Of a stretch of 64,000 nucleotides of DNA, positions 46,282 to 54,551 are shown one piece after another. This DNA comes from a virus. Under the pieces are notes generated by a model, which saw only the letters and a list, made by a program, of their open reading frames with translations, ran no database searches and was not told where the DNA came from. Numbering within the stretch: the first letter of the stretch is position 1; the number at the start of each line of letters is the position of its first letter. The stretch lies in IMG/VR virus record IMGVR_UViG_3300023184_002781, positions 1 through 64,000 of that record; one strand, 5' to 3'. The position numbers were made by a program, and so were the translations under genes.

Positions 46282-46836
46282 TTAATTCTTACGAAATAAC
46301 TGTAATGATTTAAATCGTGGCATTTCTTCTATATCAGATCGTGATTCTAACCAATTTTCTATTACATTTTTAGTTAGACTATACCCATTAGATCCTGTAT
46401 AAAATAATATATATCCTTGTGGTTTTACTTTATTTGTTAGCATAGTTAATAATTCAAGATCAGTCATTGCACTATATTCGTCGTTACTACTATTCCTAAA
46501 TTCGCATAAATGAAATAAAGTTATTATATCAAAATTAGGTAAGAGATTTTCATCCAACAAGTATATATCTCCAAAAAATGCTTTATAATTTTTAGATATA
46601 TGTGGTTTATCTATGGATAATTTAATATATTCTTGGTATTCTTCTATACTTGCAGTAATGCCTAATACTGAATTGGCAGTGTTTGATCCAACAAAGTGAT
46701 GATTACCCGTACCAAAATGAAATATATTAGAATTGATTATTTTATTATTCTTTAGCCAAATTATAAATTCTACATCGCATGGACATACAGAATATTTTAA
46801 AGGCCAACTATCATTATAAAAATTTAATTTACTCAT
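46282..46836 (-). CDS. SAM-dependent methyltransferase-like protein
   Basis: IFHFGTG, FDIITLFHL and VKPQGYI motifs. Confidence 0.55.
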   Translation of the reverse strand: MSKLNFYNDSWPLKYSVCPCDVEFIIWLKNNKIINSNIFHFGTGNHHFVGSNTANSVLGITASIEEYQEYIKLSIDKPHISKNYKAFFGDIYLLDENLLPNFDIITLFHLCEFRNSSNDEYSAMTDLELLTMLTNKVKPQGYILFYTGSNGYSLTKNVIENWLESRSDIEEMPRFKSLQLFRKN

Positions 46837-46840
46837 AAAT

Positions 46841-46939
46841 TTAGTGCCGGTTACTTTCTCCGGCGTACACTAACGGGGTACAGTCTTATTCATCCGGACG
46901 CCTTTGCCGTGGCTTCCAACGGAACCTAAGGTAGGTGTT
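46841..46939 (-). ncRNA. Candidate structured RNA
   Basis: GC-rich intergenic region with several hairpins (CCGT/ACGG, GTAC/GTAC, GCCGG/CCGGC). Confidence 0.45.
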
Positions 46940-47044
46940 CTATGCTGGACTATATGGGTTACGAGGCCTATCAGTACCGTCGTCCTCCGGGTATACCGGA
47001 TATTCGTTATTAGTCGGCTGATTTGCATTTGGCTCGTTTTGCAT
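46940..47044 (-). CDS. Overlapping 34-aa acidic/Pro-rich peptide
   Basis: Manual: MQNEPNANQPTNNEYPVYPEDDGTDRPRNPYSPA; GGAG 9 nt upstream, inside the nuclease 3' end. Confidence 0.55.
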   Translation of the reverse strand: MQNEPNANQPTNNEYPVYPEDDGTDRPRNPYSPA

Positions 47045-47822
47045 TAGTTAGTGCTCCAAAATCTACAGGCCATTCTTGTCCTGGGTTGAGTTCTTTGTAT
47101 CCCGGTGGAAGTGCATATATTACACCTGCTTCAGTTTGAATCTGTGAAACTGGAATACGAAACGCTTTAAGATCATTTCCTAAATTAGGATAAGGTGCAA
47201 CATGGGGAAAACGCCATCCTGCAACTTCTTTGGTTGTGTTATTAATAACAATTTTATAATAACCATGTGGAACAATTATACCATTGCCTATTCTTTTATC
47301 CCCAGCACCGTAGAACGCACCAACAAAGATTGTAAATGGTTGATTTAACTGAACTGCCCAACCACGCACACTAGTTTCTAATAATTTCCAAATTCCTCTA
47401 TTCAATGATCCTGCTTGCGGATACATATTAGTCATTAAAAAACTTTCATATTCTACAATTTGACTCCAACTTAAATCTCCATCTGGGGCAGCGTGTCCTT
47501 TGTCATATCCTGTACCAGCATAGTCATCTGGTCGAGCACCGCCCTGTACGCTTTGATCTGATACAAAAGCATTTGTGCGCGGCCAGCATCCTAGTGCATT
47601 TTGTGGCAATAATGTATATGCTACATATACAGGAATTTTAACAGGTGCATCATATGCTACTAGGTAAGCCTCACGGCAAATAGGCTGTGCTGCTCTTTGA
47701 GTAGAAGCAAATCCGTATGGGCTATGTATTTGACATGCACCTGGTTGTAATGGGGCACGTTGATCCCAGGCTTGTGCTAATCCTGCTACAAATAGCAAGG
47801 CAATGGTTAGTAGTTTTTTCAT
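47010..47822 (-). CDS. Secreted DNA/RNA non-specific endonuclease (NucA-like)
   Basis: Signal peptide; GYDKGH; TNMYPQ...LNRGIWKLLE. Confidence 0.92.
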   Translation of the reverse strand: MKKLLTIALLFVAGLAQAWDQRAPLQPGACQIHSPYGFASTQRAAQPICREAYLVAYDAPVKIPVYVAYTLLPQNALGCWPRTNAFVSDQSVQGGARPDDYAGTGYDKGHAAPDGDLSWSQIVEYESFLMTNMYPQAGSLNRGIWKLLETSVRGWAVQLNQPFTIFVGAFYGAGDKRIGNGIIVPHGYYKIVINNTTKEVAGWRFPHVAPYPNLGNDLKAFRIPVSQIQTEAGVIYALPPGYKELNPGQEWPVDFGALTNAKRAKCKSAD

Positions 47823-47853
47823 GGTAGTCCTTAATTAACTACCAATATTTATG

Positions 47854-50800
47854 TTATCTACGCACGAAATGATAGTCGCCGTCGGGACCGTTGTTGCTAA
47901 AAAGTCCTAAACAGTCATAGCCTATTGAATCCATATAAGCAATCACAGTATCTTTTAACGGAGCACCTTTGTTATATTCTACTATTTGTAATTCTAATAT
48001 AATATGTTTGGCAGTTTTAATAGTTTCTTGAGCACCTTTAAGCACATCCAATTCAGCACCCTGTACATCCATTTTAATTAAATCAGGTGGAGGAAATCTT
48101 TTTAAACTAGCAACTGCATCGAGCGTAATAGTCCTAAGTTTTCTTACATATCTATCACTATACAATGTTGCGGCGGCTGGTTGAATATCGGGATTTTCTC
48201 TGTAATAGCTGTTGCCGCCCGGTGCTTCGTTATTTTGATAAAAATCTACTTCTTTACCACTTTCACTACTTAATACACCTATGTGATATTTTATGCCAGT
48301 TTCTTGATATAAGAATTCATGTACATCAGCAGCTTCAAATGCTATAACTTCTGCACCAGGCCAAATAGTTCTAACCCTGTCAGTCCAATGCAATACACAT
48401 GCTCCAACATCATATATAACTTTTGGATTCTCACCTTGCTCTTTTAACTTGTTTAAGTAGTCAATATGTGCTGGGGGGAACGGATAAGGATCTCGCAACT
48501 CTCTTAAAAATTGTTTAATATCAACTACTGTAGAATGTGTTTCAATCATAGGCAAACTAGTATCTACATTAAATGTAAAACTGCCCGTATGTCTGCATAA
48601 GATACCAGAATCCGCCCAAATAGTAAATCCTTTTTCTCTAGCTTTTCTACAAAAATCAACATCTTCAGATACCGTACCTTCCATAGATATGGCGCTGTAA
48701 TATTTAAATTGCGGATATCCTATAGTTCTAAATACTTCAGCTTTAACTAATGCACATCCGAACCCGCAGCCTGCAACTTCTACAAGCGGTCTGTTTTTTA
48801 ATTTTCCATAGGGCATATTAGTAACACCCCCTGTAGGAGTGTGTTCATATATTTCTAAAATATGTTGTCCCGGCTTACGCTGTATATATAATCCGGATAC
48901 CACAGGTTTATCATGTGCTAATAATCTTGCTAATGTATCCGGTGGAAAAGAAATATCACTATCAACTGAGAACAAATAATCAAAACCGTTAATTGTCCAA
49001 TCTGCAATTAGATTGCGAATTTGATCTATATTGTATCCATAAAAATATTGAAACACAGTTTCATATCCATCTGGAATTATTAGATCGTAGATACTTTTAA
49101 AAGTATCAGGCTCAATGTTCTTAGCTGTGGGAATTGCTATAAGTATCTTCTTTTTAGGTTGAATCATGTTATTAACTATCTCGTTTGCGTTTTTAGTTTG
49201 TTCTTGCGAATTAACTTTGTAATCGTTTAATGGGCTTGCATCATTGTAATTATATACTATGTCTTGAAGGCATTTTATTTTGTTAGGATCTGCTTTTTCT
49301 ATTAATGCATAGAATACACTTCCATCGCCACCTGCTTTATACCAGTTACCATTTTTATCCTTAAATGAACTATCATCAATATTATTCAATAATGATTTTT
49401 TGAATGTTCTTAAATGTGTGTAGGGCAATATCCAATTAAAATGATAATTTCTATAAGATCTATTTTGTTTTACTTCTTCTGGATATGGTTGGCTTATTAA
49501 TGGTATATTATCAACCATGCTCCAGCAACTACCATAGGTGAATTCAGTACCATCTTCATATATTGAATTATAATATGCTAGTACTGTATTGTCATTAATT
49601 AAACTATCATCACCATCTAATAACATAACAATAGCATCATCACTGATCATTGATCTAATGTTTTGTATTTGATTCCTAACTGCGCCTAAATTCTCACTAT
49701 TTGCAATAACTGAAAACTTATTTCTAATATCTACTGGTAATTCTCTTAATGTATCTAATATTACATCTATAGTATTATCAGTACTTGCATCGTCGATTAA
49801 AATATGTTGATAGTTATCATAGTCCTGTGACGCTACACTGACTATACAACGAGCAATATATTCGGCACAGTTGTAAAACGGGCTAACAATTACAATCTTT
49901 TTTTCGTTGCCTAGTTTATAATTTTCTAGTTCGATAGTATTGTTAAATCTACGATTCCATATTTTATGTACTCGTTGATTAATTTTTGATACTTGACGAT
50001 AACTATCTCTGGATATATATTTGCCCAAACGATGTGCTATGTGTTGTTTCCACTGTAGGGCAACACTATCCCATCCTGCTATATCTTTAACTATATTACA
50101 ATAGTATTGTTTTTGTTGATGAAGATATCTATTGTGATATGCTTTTATAGTCATTTCTACAAATTTATTAACTTGTTCGGGACTATTAATATCGGGAAAC
50201 AATCCGTTAGGCTCAACTGCATAATCAATATGATAGCAAGCACCTTCTAATGCAATTTCTTCTAATGCTCCAAATCTACAAGTAAGTATGGGAGTATTGT
50301 ATAGCAAACTTTCTAAAGATGATATACCAAATGTTTCAGGAAATGCTGCTGGGTATATCATAAAACTTGCCAATGTAAGTATATCAGCAATTTCTTTTTG
50401 TGAAATAACTCCGGTATATTCAATGCCAAGTTCTAAATTGCGTGGATCAGCTGCCATTCGCCGCCAATCTTTTTCTTGTTGATCAGGTTCGGAACTTTCG
50501 CTAAATCTATAATAGCCGCCGATAACTTTTAATCTAGCACTGGGTATCATAGCCTTTACCTTAGGCCATATATGATTCACTAATGGAATCATACCCTTGG
50601 TCACACTAGCATTATATACAAATAAGTTATGATCCTTAGCTTTGATATCAACTTCTTTTTTATAATTTCTAGCACCATTACGTGTGATAAACATCTTACG
50701 TTTTAGTACTTCAAAATTGCGTCTGCGTCCGTGATTACAATTTGCAACATAGGTTAAGTGAAAGTCACTGAGTGTGAATATATCAGTTATACGATCAGCA

Positions 50801-51225
50801 ACCGTAAGTTCCTCAATGATGTTATCACCTAGACAAAATGTATCATGCATCCATAATATACGCATCTTAGCTTTAGATAATATTCTATCATACAAATTCA
50901 TGCTATAGAATGGATTTGCTCTATTATCTCCAAGTTTATGATAATCGTTTGGATCAGTAAATGGAATTACAGTTCTTGAACTTACAACTATATCAAATAC
51001 ATGATCATTGGCTAATTCAATTAATGGTTTATATTCAACCCCATCATAGTTCCCGGGTTTTGCATGATCTATACCGCAATTATTAAATACGGTAACATTA
51101 AATCCTATTTGAGCTAATTCACGTGCCATTAGTGTGACAGCACTTTCACTACCGCCTAATCCTTGATTATCTATAGTAGTACCATCGTAGGGTATACCAA
51201 TTATATCTATAATAGCAATTTTCAT
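47854..51225 (-). CDS. Multidomain GT4 + GT2 + GT2-like + FkbM methyltransferase
   Basis: ETFGISSLE; IDDAS/LDGDD; VDSD...SEDVDFC; YDVGA/KMDVQGAE. Confidence 0.88.
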   Translation of the reverse strand: MKIAIIDIIGIPYDGTTIDNQGLGGSESAVTLMARELAQIGFNVTVFNNCGIDHAKPGNYDGVEYKPLIELANDHVFDIVVSSRTVIPFTDPNDYHKLGDNRANPFYSMNLYDRILSKAKMRILWMHDTFCLGDNIIEELTVADRITDIFTLSDFHLTYVANCNHGRRRNFEVLKRKMFITRNGARNYKKEVDIKAKDHNLFVYNASVTKGMIPLVNHIWPKVKAMIPSARLKVIGGYYRFSESSEPDQQEKDWRRMAADPRNLELGIEYTGVISQKEIADILTLASFMIYPAAFPETFGISSLESLLYNTPILTCRFGALEEIALEGACYHIDYAVEPNGLFPDINSPEQVNKFVEMTIKAYHNRYLHQQKQYYCNIVKDIAGWDSVALQWKQHIAHRLGKYISRDSYRQVSKINQRVHKIWNRRFNNTIELENYKLGNEKKIVIVSPFYNCAEYIARCIVSVASQDYDNYQHILIDDASTDNTIDVILDTLRELPVDIRNKFSVIANSENLGAVRNQIQNIRSMISDDAIVMLLDGDDSLINDNTVLAYYNSIYEDGTEFTYGSCWSMVDNIPLISQPYPEEVKQNRSYRNYHFNWILPYTHLRTFKKSLLNNIDDSSFKDKNGNWYKAGGDGSVFYALIEKADPNKIKCLQDIVYNYNDASPLNDYKVNSQEQTKNANEIVNNMIQPKKKILIAIPTAKNIEPDTFKSIYDLIIPDGYETVFQYFYGYNIDQIRNLIADWTINGFDYLFSVDSDISFPPDTLARLLAHDKPVVSGLYIQRKPGQHILEIYEHTPTGGVTNMPYGKLKNRPLVEVAGCGFGCALVKAEVFRTIGYPQFKYYSAISMEGTVSEDVDFCRKAREKGFTIWADSGILCRHTGSFTFNVDTSLPMIETHSTVVDIKQFLRELRDPYPFPPAHIDYLNKLKEQGENPKVIYDVGACVLHWTDRVRTIWPGAEVIAFEAADVHEFLYQETGIKYHIGVLSSESGKEVDFYQNNEAPGGNSYYRENPDIQPAAATLYSDRYVRKLRTITLDAVASLKRFPPPDLIKMDVQGAELDVLKGAQETIKTAKHIILELQIVEYNKGAPLKDTVIAYMDSIGYDCLGLFSNNGPDGDYHFVRR

Positions 51226-51236
51226 ATATGCTATTA

Positions 51237-51264
51237 ATTATACTATCTCCGATTAGAATGTCAA
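51237..51264 (-). promoter_or_regulatory. Sigma70 promoter
   Basis: TTGACA-16-TATAAT. Confidence 0.8.
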
Positions 51265-51277
51265 TGATCTTGAATTA

Positions 51278-52222
51278 TTATAATTTAAACGAAACGGTGC
51301 CACTAGCAACTCTGTATATATGATATCCGTTTTGATTAAGATATGTGTATGATGCTCCTGTACTTGTAATAATACTTGGTTTGTTATATCTGTTTGGCCA
51401 CCAAACTATAGCAACCCCGCGTTGGCCACCTGAAGATGAGGTGCCATTCGAGCCCCCAGCTCCCCCACCTCCGATTGTAGTACTTCCAACGTTACGACGA
51501 CCACCTTCTGCATAAACAAGAGAATATATTGAGCTTTCTGCTACATTCCAGAATAGCCCAGGACCCTGAACACCAGTACCACCGCTTATATAAGTTCCAG
51601 GTCCACCAGCACCACCGCCACCACCACCTCCGCTGGTGAAAAAAGTATCCCCTTCTCCAGAACCGTCGTTACCATATCCACCATATGTTGATGATGGTTG
51701 TATTGCATTTCCGCCAGGCGAACCGCCACCAGCAGATAGTCCGGCAGGACCAGAATAACAACCACCACCACCGCCTCCAGAACCACCATTATTTGCGCCG
51801 GGCGTATTGCCAGCATGGGATCCACCACCACCACCATAGGCTATTCTAGTATTTGGTCCAAAAACACCAGTAGAATCACCACCGTTACCACCATTTCCGC
51901 CGCCACCAGCACCACCGCCATTACCTACTGTTAAAGATATTATTGAGCCATTTGTAAGGTAATTAAAATTACCGGGCAATAGACCGCCAGCACCGCCCCC
52001 ACCACCACCACCGTCTCCAGGGCCGCCACCGCCGCCGCCACCACCTACTAATAAAAAACTAATATTACTAACTATACCGTCTGGCCAAAGAGAATCATTT
52101 TGGGCTTGCAGAGCTTCTTTCATTGACCAAAAATTGTTACCAACGTTACTTGTGTTGTCTTTTAGGTTAGGACCAGGAGCAACATAATATTGTTGTATGG
52201 TATGTCTAGGATTATTACTCAT
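51278..52222 (-). CDS. Glycine-rich virion/tail-associated protein
   Basis: LVGGGGGGG...GGGAGG and AYGGGGG repeats. Confidence 0.7.
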   Translation of the reverse strand: MSNNPRHTIQQYYVAPGPNLKDNTSNVGNNFWSMKEALQAQNDSLWPDGIVSNISFLLVGGGGGGGGPGDGGGGGGGAGGLLPGNFNYLTNGSIISLTVGNGGGAGGGGNGGNGGDSTGVFGPNTRIAYGGGGGSHAGNTPGANNGGSGGGGGGCYSGPAGLSAGGGSPGGNAIQPSSTYGGYGNDGSGEGDTFFTSGGGGGGGAGGPGTYISGGTGVQGPGLFWNVAESSIYSLVYAEGGRRNVGSTTIGGGGAGGSNGTSSSGGQRGVAIVWWPNRYNKPSIITSTGASYTYLNQNGYHIYRVASGTVSFKL

Positions 52223-52226
52223 AATA

Positions 52227-53171
52227 TTAAAATTTTATTGAGCCTTCACCGCTGGTAAATTTATATACTCTATAACCATTTACTATACTAGTTGTATAAT
52301 TACCTGTAATAACACTTGGGCTGTTATATGTTGAATCCCACCAAAATATAGCAACACCTGCCATACCAACAGTATTTGAGCCGCCACCAACCCCGCCATT
52401 GCCACTATTCGGAGTTGTATCGGGTGCAGTTAAACCACTACCTGCTCCTCCTTTTGCATATGTACCACTATATGGTGATAAAGATGCTATATTAACCGCC
52501 AAGCCAGCACCGCCAGCACCCGATCCATTAATAGGAGCAGCACCGCCAGCACCGCCAGCACCGCCACCACCACCTCCGTCTGAACCACCAGTGGGGGCTG
52601 CTGCACCACCGACATTGCCGTAAGGTATTTGAAGTCTAGCACCACCTGCGCCACCGGCACCGCTACTACCAGTACCTGAGGCGCCACCACCACCACCACC
52701 ACCAGAACCACCAGCATTACCTGCGTAACCAGAGTCAAACTGATTGCCGGTAGGATCCTGCCCGCCACCGCCGCCGCCCCCATAAGCAATATTAGTAATA
52801 GATCCAGAAATAACAGTAGTGTTCCCACCATTCCCACCATTATTTTGTCCGCTGCCAGCGCGGGAACCACCAGTACCAATTGTTATTGAGATTAATTGTC
52901 CTCTACGTATATTGTTATAATTATTTAAAATTAATCCACCTGCACCGCCACCACCACCACCCCCACCGCCAGTACCAGCGGGAGGAATACCGCCCCCACC
53001 ACCACCACCCCCAATAATTAAATAATTAATAGTAGGAATTACACCATTGGGCCATATCTCACTATCTTGTGCTAATTTTTGATCTCGAATAGTCCATAAC
53101 CCTTTAGCCGACGTTATAGTAGGACTAGCAGGTCGGCTTGGTTGAACAAGTCTTTTATAAAAATTAGACAT
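52227..53171 (-). CDS. Glycine-rich virion/tail-associated protein, paralogue of the previous gene
   Basis: Same architecture; both 314 aa; AQ-x2-3-(L/I)WP N-terminal motif. Confidence 0.7.
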   Translation of the reverse strand: MSNFYKRLVQPSRPASPTITSAKGLWTIRDQKLAQDSEIWPNGVIPTINYLIIGGGGGGGGIPPAGTGGGGGGGGGAGGLILNNYNNIRRGQLISITIGTGGSRAGSGQNNGGNGGNTTVISGSITNIAYGGGGGGGQDPTGNQFDSGYAGNAGGSGGGGGGGASGTGSSGAGGAGGARLQIPYGNVGGAAAPTGGSDGGGGGGAGGAGGAAPINGSGAGGAGLAVNIASLSPYSGTYAKGGAGSGLTAPDTTPNSGNGGVGGGSNTVGMAGVAIFWWDSTYNSPSVITGNYTTSIVNGYRVYKFTSGEGSIKF

Positions 53172-53186
53172 AATCTATTTTATATA

Positions 53187-53561
53187 TTAGCTGATAGTCT
53201 CATATACAATAATGTATTCTAATGCTGATGATGTACCAGATGTTACTAATATACTAGAATCTTCAGTTAGATATAAAAAGTTACCTTTATCTACTAATTG
53301 CAAACTAGCACCAGTAGGTATATATATATTAAATGCTATTCTATAATTACTAGGTCCTGTACCTGTAGCAGCATTATTGATAGATACAGTAGTTGGTACT
53401 GAGCTGTCTGTCACATTGGTTACTACTAAAGAATTTACTTTTATAACTGAGTTAGAACCGGGCTGATTATTTAATAATACATTTGATATAATATTTGCAG
53501 GTACTGCTCCTGCATATCCTGCTATAATTGACGATACATTTACAATATTTGGTGCTGACAT
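53187..53561 (-). CDS. Small beta-rich virion protein
   Basis: MSAPNIVNV...YLTEDSSI...YETIS. Confidence 0.65.
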   Translation of the reverse strand: MSAPNIVNVSSIIAGYAGAVPANIISNVLLNNQPGSNSVIKVNSLVVTNVTDSSVPTTVSINNAATGTGPSNYRIAFNIYIPTGASLQLVDKGNFLYLTEDSSILVTSGTSSALEYIIVYETIS

Positions 53562-53562
53562 T

Positions 53563-53859
53563 TTATCCTCCGAAGATCATTGCCATGGCTATGGCCTTAC
53601 CTGTTGATACTCCACCGGCTGATCCGGTGTAACCTTGATTACCTTGGTAACCTTTACTGCCGGTATATCCGCCTGCTGGACCTCGACTACCGGTATAACC
53701 TGCACTACCCCAATAACCACCACTACCGGTATATCCACCAGCGGGGCCTTGACTACCTACAAATCCTGCACTACCAGTGTATCCACCAGCGGGGCCGCGA
53801 CTACCTACATATCCTACAAGGTTTGATCCTAAAATTTGTTGTATGCTTATTGTTGTCAT
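53563..53859 (-). CDS. G-Y-T-G-S collagen-like repeat protein
   Basis: Gly every third residue (GYTGS, GPAG); ends GKAIAMAMIFGG. Confidence 0.7.
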   Translation of the reverse strand: MTTISIQQILGSNLVGYVGSRGPAGGYTGSAGFVGSQGPAGGYTGSGGYWGSAGYTGSRGPAGGYTGSKGYQGNQGYTGSAGGVSTGKAIAMAMIFGG

Positions 53860-53860
53860 G

Positions 53861-54538
53861 TTATCCCCAGAATTGATAAGGTGCCGCAGTTATTGAATTA
53901 GAATAAGATTCTCCAAATAAGTCAAAGGCTTTTATTGGTATGTCACCTAACCTTAATGGATTACTTGACATAAATGCAAGACTTGTAGATGCAACTTGTA
54001 TTGCTGGCGGTGTTTCTGCTAAATTTGAACTACCAAAAGCACTTCTTACAGTTGTTATTGTAGAGACTGATAATACCGCTGCTAAATTTGATTTCACAAA
54101 AATGCTTCTTATAGCTGTCAATGATGATATTGATAGCACCGAAGTAGAAGTCATTGCTATTTTAACAAAATTAGTTGTGGTAAAATAATTTGATAGAGTA
54201 GATGCCCAACTAGGGGATGTACTTGAATAATAGAAATTTGTTACAGTTGTAGCAACATTTACACTACCATATACAGTAAGAGTATTAGTATATAATGTTC
54301 CTAGAGCAATTGTTAATTGTCCGTCAAGACCAATTACATTAAAATTTGCACAATTAGCTGCTGCTCCTAATGTAACAGTCCAAGGACTTGTACCAGAATT
54401 AGAATTTACGTCAAAAAATACATCATCGCCAGGTGTAGGTGCGCTTGCTCCGCTTGACCCATTTGAGGTAGCAGACCAATTTGTTGTGGCGGATAAATTC
54501 CATGTACCATTTCCACCTACCCAATAACGACTGGCCAT
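53861..54538 (-). CDS. Putative virion surface protein
   Basis: RYWVGGNGTW...NWS...DDVFFD. Confidence 0.6.
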   Translation of the reverse strand: MASRYWVGGNGTWNLSATTNWSATSNGSSGASAPTPGDDVFFDVNSNSGTSPWTVTLGAAANCANFNVIGLDGQLTIALGTLYTNTLTVYGSVNVATTVTNFYYSSTSPSWASTLSNYFTTTNFVKIAMTSTSVLSISSLTAIRSIFVKSNLAAVLSVSTITTVRSAFGSSNLAETPPAIQVASTSLAFMSSNPLRLGDIPIKAFDLFGESYSNSITAAPYQFWG

Positions 54539-54551
54539 TTAGTACCTTTCA

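Noticed and set aside
51278-53171. GC-rich island or simple-sequence repeat
   Set aside because: Explained by poly-Gly codons in two paralogous Gly-rich proteins.
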